NCBI RefSeq assembly: GCF_006345805.1
Contig: NC_042997.1
Span: forward strand, 66,154,001 to 66,218,000
Length of the DNA: 64,000 nt
Source: Octopus sinensis
Lineage: Eukaryota
Direction: 5' to 3'
The notes under the pieces are model-generated. The model did not search any database. It was not told the origin of the DNA and worked only from the letters and a program-made list of their open reading frames with translations. The position numbers and the translations under genes are program-made. Positions within the stretch are counted from its first letter, which is position 1; the number at the start of each line of letters is the position of its first letter. Below are positions 12,991 to 25,012 of the stretch, one piece after another.

Positions 12991-13459
12991 ACATGCAGAA
13001 AAGCCAAACTGAAGATAGCTAACAAAAGTTTGGTAACCCAGCACTTCAACATTGCGAAAATAAGGTATAACACACTTTACTTGAAAACAAATAAGATTTG
13101 GTCTTGTCCAACCCATGCCAGCAAGGAGATAACTGATGTAAAAATGAGAAAATGAGGCTGACTGATATCCATTGAAATATCCATTTTTACATCTGTGTAG
13201 GTGAATATGTTTTCTTATTGTTGCATTTTTGGTAATAAATAATCAAATTTAGAGTTACAGTCTTGGAAAGATATGTTCATTAATGTTGATTCATGAAAGT
13301 GAAATAATGATTTCTAAAACAGTATTTGGTCCTTAGTAGAGTAACACTTTGGGATTTCATCTTGAGCCAATGAAACAACATCTATGTGGTCCCTCAATCT
13401 ACTAGAAATAGCAGCTAGGTCTCCCCTAAATCACACTCTACTAGCTTAAATATAGTCCA

Positions 13460-13785
13460 GGGCTCAATGGTTAGAGTATTGGGCTCGCAATCATGAGGCA
13501 GTGAGTTTGATTCCCAGACCAGGCTGTATGTTGTGCTCTTGAGCAAGACACTTCATTTCATGTTGCTCCAGTTCACGCAGCTGTAGAAATAAGTTCTACA
13601 TGATTGGTGCCAAGCTGTATCAGTTTTTGTCTTTCTCTTGAATAACATCAGTGATGTGGAAAGGGGAGGCTGGTATGCATGGGTGACAGCTGATCTTCCA
13701 TAAACAACCTTGCCCAGACTTATGCTTTGGAGGGTAACTCTCTAGGTGCAATTGCATGGTCATCCATGACTGAAGGAGGTCCTTC
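13460..13785 (+). mobile_element. SINE family D (tRNA-like head plus CORE-like block)
   Basis: ggctcaatggttagag (A box) ... gagtttgattccc (B box) ... cttgagcaagacacttcatttcatgttgctccagttcac..gctgtagaaat. Confidence 0.8.
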
Positions 13786-14074
13786 TTCTATATGCAAAAA
13801 GACGACATAGTCATGGTAGGAACGCCTAACGTCAAAAGCTTACTCAATCAGAGCTGGCTTAGAGAGAAGTTTCAATTGAATATCAACTGCGCCAGGAGTT
13901 AATGATGCAACCTCTAGGTGGTTACTTGACCTGCTAGTATAGCAGTCAAATCTTCCTCAAATAATTCTTTTCCATCTTAAAAAATGAACAAATTAGATAT
14001 TACAGTCCTACTATGTAGATTTGGCAAAGGCTATAGCTACTGCCCTTCTTCCTTCATTTAAAATGAACAATAGT

Positions 14075-14350
14075 TGCAGGTGTGGCTGTGTGCATGGCAC
14101 CTTGGGCAAGTGTCTTCTACAACAGCCTCAGGCCAACCAAAAGCCTTGTGAGTGGATTTGGTAGACATGTGGATTTGGATTTGTGAGCTTGTGTCTGTGT
14201 TTGTTCCCTATCACCAATTGACAACTGGTGTTGGAGTATGATTGAATAAGTACTAGGCTTACAAAGAATAAGTCCTGGGATTGATTTGTTTGACTAAAAA
14301 TTCCTTAAGGTGGTGGTGCAGTCGAATGACTGAAACAAGTAAAATAATAA
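14075..14350 (+). mobile_element. SINE family A copy with internal deletions
   Basis: gcaggtgtggctgtgtg...gcaccttgggcaagtgtcttctac...gactgaaacaagtaaaa. Confidence 0.75.
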
Positions 14351-14829
14351 AAGAACTATAAATAAAAAAAAGGGTACAAGAAGGGCAAATAACTCCGTCT
14401 TAATTGCCAATCACAGTAAGTGATTAACCAGCTCAATCCAGTTCTCTTTTATTTCTTCCAGAATCAACACAGAATTCAAGCGCAACATATTATCTAATAC
14501 TACTACCACCACCACTAGTACTACCCATATACCAATCAACTCTTATTTACAGAATGTGAAGATAGAGCTGATGAATATCATTGAAACAATTCTAAGCAAT
14601 TATTCAAATTTCCATCATAAATAATTCTATTCAATGCTTCAGTTTGGATCATTTATATTAAACTTCTACTTCTAGTCATATAATTGCCAAAATTGGTGAC
14701 CCAAACCAACTCAACTACAACAACATTGGTGACCCAGACAACCTCCATTGCTTGACATATTTAGTCCCCAGCAAAAAAGAAAACTAACTTGCTAGTAATC
14801 TTTCTTGATGGTAAGTGTGCCAAGTAAAC

Positions 14830-15390
14830 CTAATTAGTCCACTTTGCCATTGAAATCTTGTAGCAATGTTCAAAGCAATGTCTACCTAGCAGTTAATGAT
14901 GCAACCTCTGTGGTCACTTGACCTACTAGATATAGCAGTCAAATCTCCCCCAAGTCATTCTTTTCCACCTTAAAAAAAAGAACAAATTAGATAACATCAT
15001 ACAACTGCTAAGCATACCTAATTAGTACATCTTGCCATTCATATCTGGTAGCAATGTTCATAACAATGTTTACCAAGGAGTTAATGATGCAAACTCTGTG
15101 CAGTCACTTGACCTGCTAGATATAGCAGTCAAATCTCCCTCAAATCATATTTTTCCACCTTAATAAAAGAACAAATTAGATAATACAGTCCAACTGTCTA
15201 GCGTACATAATTAGTCTGCCTTGCTATTCATATTTGATAACAATGTTCACAACAATGTCTACTCAGAAGTTAATGATGCAACCTCTGTGTGGTCACTTGA
15301 CCTGCTAGATATAGCAGTCAAATCTCCCTCAAATCGTTTTTTTTTTCCATCTTAAAAATAAAAAAAACAGAACAAATTAGATAATACAGT
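14830..15390 (+). repeat. Tandem repeat of about 188 bp, three copies, derived from a dispersed retroposon segment (family E)
   Basis: The anchor gttaatgatgcaa occurs at 14892, 15080 and 15269. A dispersed copy lies at about 13895-14010. Confidence 0.9.
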
Positions 15391-16372
15391 GCTAGATTCA
15401 CTTTGTCAGAAAAATGAATGTCATGATTTCAGCTAGAATGCTATTATCCATAGATCTACACAATGAGGGCTGACTGGCCTAAACAAGAGAAACAACAACC
15501 TAGAGGTTAACAGGTTTTAAAGAAAAGTATGGTAGGACAAAGAAATTATTATTGCAGTTAATGTGTTGTTGTTGTTTTTGTTGTTGTTTTTTTTTTGTTA
15601 CTATGATTCTGCTTTATACTGATTTATAACAATGAAAGTGTTTACAGGAAAACTGAACTACAAATTTCAAGTGGTCTTGAGGAGAGAATAAAAGAATGGT
15701 TTTCTCAATGCCTATACCAAGTATTGGAAGGAGCTGAAATGACAACACATTCATCAAGTATACTATTCTCTTTCGTTTACAACAGTGAACACTATAGCAG
15801 AAGCAGTACCTGTACCAGCAGCACCACCACCACCACTGCTGCCACCTGTAAATTTGCAACTAGGTGAACTGAAGCATTGATAGTTAAGTACCCACTAGAC
15901 TGGGATGCTTCGGATAACTTATTTCTAAACTGTCACACAAAAAAATGGTGATCCCTTGAATTAAGATAGCTCTGAGGTAATATTTTCTAGAGCTTTTCTA
16001 TAATCTAATTGAATTCATTCAACCCCAGGCTGGTGAAATGATTCTTACAACAACCACAAACAACAGAAAGACAAAAAGAAAAAGAGAAATGAAAGGGGAT
16101 AAAGAAACTTGCCAAGTAACAAGATTTTAATAGAAATGTCTAAGGAAATAACATTATTTAATGTGACAAGACATCGAAGTGTGAGTACAACACATACATT
16201 AATAATGAGCCTTGTCTAAGTATGGTTACTGATAAATCTCACTATTAGTACAGTACATTGTATTGATCTAGTCAGTCAAGCAAACTCGAGTTCAGACAGA
16301 GGTGGTGGGGAGAGAGATTGGAGTGACATACAGGAAAACATGCTCCAAATACTGGTTTTTGGTGCGAAATGC

Positions 16373-16538
16373 ACTCTTGTTTATATCACTAGAGGGGAGA
16401 TAAATCCCTGTCACCTTCAGCCATCTTAGATTTTGTCATTGTTGACAAGACAAACGAAGGTTGAAAACACATCATTTGGTGGTCTTGGCACTGGAGATGG
16501 CGGCGATTTATATCCATGCTAGTGATATAAACAAGAGT
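16373..16538. mobile_element. 166-bp mini inverted-repeat element with a perfect 20-bp TIR
   Basis: actcttgtttatatcactag (16373-16392) and its exact reverse complement (16519-16538), with further internal pairing. Confidence 0.7.
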
Positions 16539-16869
16539 TCCTCTCATGTTAACTACTGCAGTATAGTTTGTTCTAACAGAACATCCATGTAGATAAATAT
16601 TACCTCTCAGCATTAATACTGACTCTACTGCTAATATATATTTTTTTAACAAGCTCACTGGCTAATCGTGACACCAGCCCCTGTTCTGGCACTGAAAATT
16701 TATAGGCCCTACTAGATAGGTGAGATTAATGATATTGATTTTTTGCTTGAACATACCAACAGGAAAGACACAAGCAGGGAGCAAATTCAGGTTCATGCAT
16801 GACGTGCTAGAAATAGCTGCCAAATATGCCTCAAAAATCACACCTTATTATATAAGAAAAAGGATATGT

Positions 16870-17045
16870 TGAATAATAATTTCAAATTCTGGCACAAGGC
16901 CAGCAATTTCATTACCCAATTGGCACTTATTTTAATGATCCCAAAAAGATGAAAGGCAGAATTTGAACTCAGAACAAAGACAAATGAAATACTGCTAAGC
17001 ATTTTGCCCAGTTTACTAACGATTCTGCCAGCTCACCACCTTAAG
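16870..17045 (-). mobile_element. SINE family C copy (central block ttgcctttcatcctt..gggg)
   Basis: Reverse complement gives ggtggtgagctggcagaatcgttag...gttctgagttcaaattctgcctttcatc. Confidence 0.7.
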
Positions 17046-17333
17046 CACACAGTGAATAATGTTATTTTTCATATATTATGCTTGAATAAAAAGTAGGATG
17101 GTCACAGTTGGAATGTTCTTAATCACAGGCTGACTTGATCAGTGCTGACCTGAATCTAAACAACCACACTAACATGATTGAGATGAATAATCTAGGAATA
17201 ATCTGCAATAGTCTCACTTGGCAGTTTTTAAGGAAATGAAATTATCAGAGACAAAAATAAAAAGTTGAAAGTTATTGATCGAAACGAGCAGATATATATG
17301 TATATAAAAACATAAACAAATTAATTCACTTAC

Positions 17334-17440
17334 CATTCTACAGCAGATTCTACAGTTAATTTCCCAGATTGGACAGCAGCCTGACTGTCTTCGAGCTCAA
17401 AGCCCATAGAAAGAAGAGCAGTTAGAATATCATCATTGTT
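17334..17440 (-). CDS. Internal coding exon encoding a UBA (ubiquitin-associated) domain; host gene unidentified
   Basis: Translates NNDDILTALLSMGFELEDSQAAVQSGKLTVESAVE(W), with the UBA MGF loop and A-V-E-W third-helix pattern. Acceptor ttttcttctttttctccag and donor TG|gtaagt. 107 nt, phase 0 start, phase 2 end. Confidence 0.78.
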
Positions 17441-18030
17441 CTGGAGAAAAAGAAGAAAAATTAAAGCAATTATAGAGTTAATTAATTGAGTTTGTTGAAA
17501 TTGAAAATAGCTATAAAAACAACAGTAAAAAAAAAAATTTAATTTAATAAAAATGTTTTTTGAAAAGCTCTGCATAAAATAGTAATTGTTTCTAATAAGG
17601 CACAAGGCCAGCAATTTTGAAGGGAGGGGTTTTGCCAATATCATCAACCCCAGTAAACTGACTGGTACTAAAAATGTATGTTATTGTCACCTAGAAACAA
17701 TTTAATAAACCATCAATGTATAAAAAGTTTGAAATGGAAATAAGCAAGATAAGGAACATATAAAAGTAAAAAAACATTACTACTATTAAAACTATACCAG
17801 GGATTGCAACTCTACACATATCCCAAAACAAATTCTTGCTTGGCACATGGCTATGTCTTATGCAACACTCTTTTATTTCATTACCACACACCCTGTCAGC
17901 ATATACTCTGCACAATTACTATCCAATAAATATTCCAATACAACACTATTATCATCATCTTATATCTGGTAACAAACATGATACCAAAAACCATTCCATA
18001 CACAATCAACAACATACTCAACACAATAAT

Positions 18031-18260
18031 TTAACTCTTTTGATACCAACCCACCTGAGACAGCCCTTAGATTTCTGATATAAATTCCTTATTTTAAATT
18101 GATCTAAATTAAAATCACCCATAAAAATTTCATGTTAATTTATGTTCCAAACACCAGTTTAATACCGACAAAGTTATTTCAATAGATTTTTCATTATTTT
18201 CAAAATTAATTGAAACAAAGACAGTGTATTTCTACAGAAGTATAGTAACAAAATGGTTAA
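18031..18260. mobile_element. piggyBac-like MITE, family 2
   Basis: Bounded by TTAA. A homologous copy lies at 26481-26710. Confidence 0.7.
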
Positions 18261-18586
18261 CACACAACTCACATTCACCAAATAATATTACACAACCCTC
18301 ACACTACATACCAACACCCAATAACACAATAGATAAAAAAATAAAACAATACAGAAAACATATGAAACAAACACCACCCAACAAAATGATACAACTCACA
18401 TTGCTTAAACTATTCACAATAAACAGACAAAACACAACAGCAACTTCTGAAACAAACCTCATGATAGAGTGGAACTGATGTAATATTTCTACACTCCCTG
18501 CATGCATCACAGAAAGAGTGAAACATGCCTTGTAGTGAAGCAGAAATATGCATGAAACAGTTGAACAAACAACAACAACAACAACA

Positions 18587-20770
18587 ATGTGGTGCATAAA
18601 AGGGATGCAATATGGATAGGAACTATCAGAATTACAAGGAGAAAAGAAACAAAGGAATATTGTCATAAGTACAGGTGATGCGAAAGAACAAGTGGGCAAA
18701 GTGCCTAACTGGAAAGACCCCAGACCAGATGGGATACATGGCTTTTGGCTGAAGAGATGCCATGCCGTGCATGGAAGACTAGCAGCCCAATTGAATGAGT
18801 GTGTCCAGAAAGGTACAGTCTCCATGTGGATGGTGACTGGGTGGACAACACTTGTAATGAAAGACAAAAGAAAGGGGAATATTGTGGGAAATTACCATCC
18901 CATAGCATGCCTAAACATAATCTGGAAGATACTCACTGGAATATGTGCGGCAAAGAAATACACTTTCCTAGCACAGGAAGAAATACAACCAAGGGAACAA
19001 AAAGATGTATGAAGAGTTCTCAGGGTGCCAAGGATCACCTGGTCATCAATAAAACCGTTTTGAGGCATTGTAAAAAACATCATACAAACATGTCTATAGC
19101 TTGGATTTACTTTAAGAAGGCATATGATGTGATACCTCATTCTTGGATCGTTGAATGCATGCCGATGTTTGATGTTGCTGACAACATAAATTTTCTGATG
19201 AATAGCATGAAAGAGTGGAAAACCAAATCGTACTCAAGTAATGTATTCCTTGGAGAAGTTAATATTAAAAGGGGAATCATCCAAAGTGACTGGTTTTTTT
19301 TCCACTACTTTTTATAATTGCGCTAATACCCATAACAATGACACTTAGGAAAGTCATGATGGGTTACCGACGTGGGAAGAAAAGTTTATGGGTGACCTGA
19401 AATTGTTTGGGAAATCTGAAAAACAGATAGATTCTTTAACCAAAACAGTCGAGAAGTGTGGTAGGGACATCGGTATGGAATTCGGGATCACCAACTGCAC
19501 AGCACTTAATATGAAAAGAGAGAAAAAAACAGCCTGCAGAGGATTGTGGTTACCATCAGGAGAGACCATGGGTGAACCTGATGGTAGTGGGTATAGATAT
19601 TTAGGGGTTTTGGAGCTGGATGACATTCAACACAGAGAAATGAAAGTCAAGGTCAGCAAGGTATATCAAAAAAGGGTGAAGATGGTGTTGAAATCCAATC
19701 TGAATGCCAAAACTTTGATTATCACAATGAATATCTGGGAAGTTGCAGTGGTCAGATATAGTGCGTCCATCCTCAAATGGACTAAGGAGGAAATATCAAC
19801 ACTGGATAAAAGGATGAGAAAGTTGATGATGCTGCATGGGGCGCTACACCCTAAAGCAAACATAAACAGACTGTGTATGAAAAGAAAGAATGGTGGCCAA
19901 GGACTAATTGGTATAGACCATTGTACAAGGAGTGAAAGGAGAACGCTTGCCACGTATTTGATAAATAGTAATGAAAATCTGCTGCAATATGCTGTGAAAG
20001 ATATGGATGTAAATACAGATGAAATGATGGACAAGGAAGAGTTTAACCAAAGAGCTGAGGAGAAGAGAAAAGATCTTCTTGAAATAAGAATGCATGGACA
20101 GTTTGAAAGGAATACACAAAACTTAAAGGATAATACAGCATTGTGGGCATGGATTCAACAACATGATGTACCACCAAAAGCCTGATCATTGCTGCACAAG
20201 ACCAGGCTCTTGCTACCAATTCAGTGAAGAATAACATCTATAAAACTTATGACATCCAGAAATGCAGATTCTGTGGAAAATGTGACCCACTTGGTAAGTG
20301 GATGTGAAAGCCTTGCACAAAAAGAATACAAGCACTGCCACGATAAAGTGTGTGTGTATACCTTCATTGGCTGTTATGCCGTAAATACCAATATGAAGTA
20401 ACAGAGAACTGTTATGAGGCATGTACCAAGTAAAGTTATGCAGGAGGATGGAAAAGTAATGATACTCTGGGACTATGATTTTCAGACGCATAGTGTAATC
20501 AAATACCATTGGCCAGATATTATCAAATTGAATAAGAGAGACAAATACTGTCAGATCATTGATGTAGCCATACCAAATGACATGAATGTTGTGAATAAAG
20601 AGGTTGAAAAAAAATCATCAAGTACTCCGAATTGAAAGTGGAAATGGCAAGACTGTAAGGAATGTAAGAGGGTAATGTAAAAGTGATACCAGTGGTGATC
20701 GTAGCATTGGGCTCAATCCCATTGAAACTTCAAGACTTCTTAAGGCAACTTGAAATCTAATATTTTCCTA
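18587..20770 (+). mobile_element. R4/Dong-clade non-LTR retrotransposon, truncated and frameshifted (RT plus restriction-like endonuclease)
   Basis: PNWKDPRPDGIHGFWLK, NYHPIACLNIIWKILTG, FKKAYDVIPHSWI, YRYLGVLE, CRFCGK/HLVSGCESLAQKEYK, PDII...CQIIDVAIPND, VIPVVIVALGSIP. Confidence 0.85.
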
Positions 20771-20990
20771 TCCTTCCTTAATACCAGTTCCCATATGCTA
20801 TTCATATCTGGACTCAGTTTGCTTAGGATGTTGTTGTGTCCTAGCATATGTGCTACTTCTTTTAGTTTTTGCATTTTCCACTGGTGTTCCCTGTCTATTA
20901 TTTTAACTTCATCCCACAGGGAGAGGTGGTCTCCATTTTTCCATACATGACCCCAGGTCAACTTTAAACTAGTAGATCTATCACCAAAGG
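20760..20990 (-). mobile_element. Penelope-like element C-terminal fragment (GIY-YIG end)
   Basis: HVWKNGDHLSLWDEVKIIDREHQWKMQKLKEVAHM matches the H.W...H...WD.V.I.D.E..W..RKLKEA pattern. Confidence 0.7.
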
Positions 20991-21227
20991 TGTTCTATAT
21001 GACCATCTTGACACTTATCCAGTCATAGCATGCTTAGGGATTACATTAACAAATGTGACCTTTTGGAGGAATGAATGTTATATTTGACTGATAATTCTAA
21101 AAGGTCACATGACCACACAGAGCCTATAAAGGCGATTTCGTCTTTCATTTTGTCCACCCTGCTGATTACTCTTTATTCTTTTCTTTCTCTTCTCTCTACT
21201 CTTCTTCATTTTCCTTCCCCTTTATTT

Positions 21228-21412
21228 TACTTGTTTCTATCACTCGACCAGTCATGCTAGGGTAACACCTTGATGGGTTTTACTCAAACAAATCAACCCA
21301 AATACTTATTTTTTTATAAAGTTTGTTACTAATTCTATTAGTTTCTACACCAAACAAATAAGTTACAAGGATGTAAACAAATCAACACTAGTTGTGAAAC
21401 AATAGGGGGACA

Positions 21413-21454
<42 letters not shown>

Positions 21455-21580
21455 AATACATATGATGGGCTTCCACACAGTTTCCGTCTACCTAATCCAC
21501 TCTCTAAGCAAGGTGCCACACTGTGGAACTGAACCCCAAACCATGTGGTTGCAAAGCAAGCTTCTTATCCACACAGCCAT
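21228..21580 (-). mobile_element. SINE family A copy
   Basis: Reverse-complement match, with central (CA)n(TA)n. Confidence 0.75.
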
Positions 21581-22134
21581 GCCTTTGCTTTTTCTTCCTT
21601 CTTTCTTTCTATCTTTCCACTTCTCTGTCATGCAATATTTCCCCTTTCAATTCTTTTCCTCTCTCTTCATCCTGTCCTCTCTTTCTTCTTCCATTGGCAT
21701 ATCTAACCATGCTGATCATAACATAAAATGTTCAGCTAGTGACAAGACTTGGTCTCCAAGCAATATTTGCTACAAAGGTTTATTTGAAACAGCTCTAATT
21801 CTATAAAAGCAGAACCAGTTTATGCAACAATTGTCTCTAGTTCTTTCCTAAGTTCAATAGAACCAAACACACCAGAATTTATTGAATTTACTAAATGCTC
21901 ACTCCATACAAAAAGGTGGTTGTACCTGGTTCCTTGTGCCTAGAACAGCATTATACTTGACTACATTTTCAAGATAATACATTTCTAAACTAATTCATTT
22001 CCAAATCACAAGAATATGTAGAACTGTTACTTATCTCCAGCTTAATGGTATTAAGAAGAAAGACATATTTGTTTCTGAATAGGGCTCTGATAAATTATAG
22101 CTTGGAATTGTACTCAAGAAGACCTGTCCTCCAC

Positions 22135-22395
22135 TGGCGAAGAAGATTGCTGGTGCCACATAAAAAGCACTCATGCCAATGCCACATACAAGCATTTGTG
22201 TGGTGTCACATTAAAAGCACCCAGCACACACTGTAAAGTGGTTGGCATGAGGAAGAGCATCCAGCAGTAGAAACCAAGCCAAATCAGATTAGAACTTGAT
22301 GCAGGTCTCCAGCTTGCCAGCTCTGGTCAAACCATCCAACCCATGCCTGCATGGAAAATAGACATTAAAGGATGATGATGATGATGATGATGAAC
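22135..22395 (+). mobile_element. Family B short retroposon with duplicated 5' units
   Basis: tgccacataaaaagcac / tgccacatacaagcat / gtcacattaaaagcac, followed by the (GAT)n tail. Confidence 0.75.
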
Positions 22396-24411
22396 TTGGC
22401 AAGAAAAGCCAAAAAATCATTCATCAATTCCTCAGTACTACCACTGCCACTTACAGTAATTAGTGACAACACACCCAGTACACGCTAACAATGTAGCCTA
22501 TAATGCTCATTCAGCTTGCTAGATATAGCAGCTAAATCATTACTGACTCACACACAGTCATCTTAAAGAATTAAGGATGTATTGAATAATGTCATTCTAG
22601 GGATGTTATATTTGAATAAAAAAGTGAGATAGTCACAGCTGCAGCATTGTTAATCATAGATGTCCTAGATCAAGAATGACTTGAAGCTAAACACCAACCA
22701 CTATCATCACTTAAAGGGAACATTTACATGGTCATTTGACCTGCTTGAAATAGTCACAGCTGGAATAACTTTGATTAGAGAACTGCATGATCAAGGTTGA
22801 ACATGGTATAAACAATAACAGCAATAAGACATTTCTTGGCCATAGATACAAGACATTGCCAGTAACAGGACACAATCTGCCAATAGTTCAATCAGATGTG
22901 TACTCAGTTCCATATTGACTCAATGATTCAATCTCTAATTTTGATAATCATTTATTTTTTACTTGTTTCAGTCACTGAACAACAACCTTGCTAAGGAACC
23001 ATCTTGAAGGGTTTAGTCAAACAAATTAACCCCAGGAATATTTTTTTTTTTTTTTTTTTTAAATCTGGTACATATTCTATTAGCCTTTTTGTCTGAACTG
23101 CTAATTTATGGAAACACAAATAAACACAAGTTGCAGTCATGGGCAACACATACACACACACACACCATCATCATCATCTTCCTTTAATGTCTGTTTTCCA
23201 CGCTTGCATGGGTTGGACAATTTGATAGGACCAGGCTTCATTGTTTGTTTTGGCATGATTTTTTTTTTTACAAACACCAACTACTCAACAGAGTGGACTG
23301 GGTGCTTTTCACATGGCACCAGCACTAGTGGGATCACCAAGTAACTTGCAAGACACTTGAAGAAAGTGGCCTTGTATCAAGTGATGAGAGGTTAGAGTGT
23401 GACAGAGGGACAGAAACAAGTGTCTTGCTGTAGAGGAGATACATGGAGCAAGAGAAAAAGAGGGAGAGAGAGAGAGAGAAAGAGGGAGAGAGAGAGAGAG
23501 AAAGAAAGAGAGAGAAGAGGCGAGAGAGAGATGGTGGTGACATGCCAGGATATAACCCTCAAGGTACAGGGATCAGAATATAAATAGCATGGTAAAGTAT
23601 TGCCAAGCATGCATGCTTCCACACAGTTTCAATCTACCAAATTCACTAACAAGGCATTTGTCAAACCAGAGCTTGTCCAAGTTGCTGTACGGTGGTACTG
23701 AACCTTAAACCAAGTGATTGCAAAGAAAGCTTCTTAACCACACAGCCATGAAGTTTAACCAAATTTCACACATCAAATGGGTGTTAAGCATGTCTTTTTC
23801 CAGACAGATAATTAATCTAATAAAGGCTTGTTATTCAAGAGAAATTTGGGTTCAACTTTCTTCTTGCTTGATTATTATTAGTATAAAAATTCTGGTTTAT
23901 TATATAGGCACAGTTCAACTTGAATGTAATTTTGTTCAATCCAGCCACAAGCCTACAAACGGTTGCAGCAAATATCAAATCAACAGATCCTCAGGAGAAA
24001 TACGAAGAAGAAGTGGGAATAGGAAGAGGATGAAAGGCATTGATGGAAAAAAAAATTGTGTAATGAAACAACTTAATCAGAGGAAGAGTGATTAAAGAGG
24101 ATTAAATTGCTAATCAAAACCAAAAGAATATTGTTGAAAAAAAAATAAATGTCAATACATTTTGATGATCATTTAAGAAGGAAAGATAAGAAAAGACAAA
24201 AGAAAGATTTCAAAAAATAAAAGGAAAAAAGCAAAGCTGTTATGCTTGATAAAATTCTGAATTTTTGAAAGAAGAAAAGAGAAAAACATCTCAAGTATCA
24301 ACATAAATGAATCCTTTATCTCTATTCTAGAAGTAAATCTTGTAGTAAAGACACAGAATTATCAGAAGCAATGTAATATTCTGACATATTGTTGTTATTA
24401 TTATTATTATT

Positions 24412-24690
24412 AAGGTGGTGAGCTGGCAGATTTATTCATATGCTGAACAAAATGCTTATTGACATTTCACCGGTCTTTACATTTTGAGTTCAAATTCCAC
24501 TGAGGTTGACTTTGCTTTTCATCCTTTCAGAGTCGAAGAAATAAAAATCAGTTGAGTTTGGGGGGTCAACAATACAGTACTAGTTGAATAATGGGGGCAA
24601 TGTAACTGACTTACACACCTTCCCCAAAATTGTTGGTCTTCTGCCAAAATTTAAAATCATTATTATTACTATTAGAAACCATAACTATTA
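24412..24690 (+). mobile_element. SINE family C copy with (ATT)n tail
   Basis: aaggtggtgagctggcag...tgagttcaaattccactgaggttgactttgcttttcatcctttcagagtcg...cccccaaaat..tggtcttctgcc. Confidence 0.8.
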
Positions 24691-24764
24691 TTATTATTAT
24701 CATCATCATCATTATTATTATTGTAATTATTATTATTATTCATTTAGCAGCTATGTTCCATGGT

Positions 24765-25012
24765 AGGTAAAGGTACCTTCCTGAGTCATACTGACTCATA
24801 AAAGCTGATTTCTCATTTCATGATATATACATTCCCCACCTGGATGGGACGCCAGTCCATTGCAGGATTACTCATTTTGGCATGCTGAGTGGACCAGAGC
24901 AACATGAAATGAAGTGTTTTGCTAAAGAACACAACACATCACCCACTTCAGGAATTGAAACTACAATCTTACAATCATGAGTTCAACACCCTAACCACTA
25001 AGCTACATACCT
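24765..25012 (-). mobile_element. SINE family D-related copy
   Basis: Reverse complement: tggaggtatgtagcttagtggttagggtgttg...tagtttcaattcc...gttctttagcaaaacacttcatttcatgttgctc. Confidence 0.7.

Noticed and set aside
14830-15390. CRISPR-like array
   Set aside because: The units are about 188 bp head-to-tail with no unique spacers, in a eukaryotic context with no cas genes.
19388-20185. 265-aa ORF as a host gene
   Set aside because: It is part of the broken R4/Dong reverse transcriptase.
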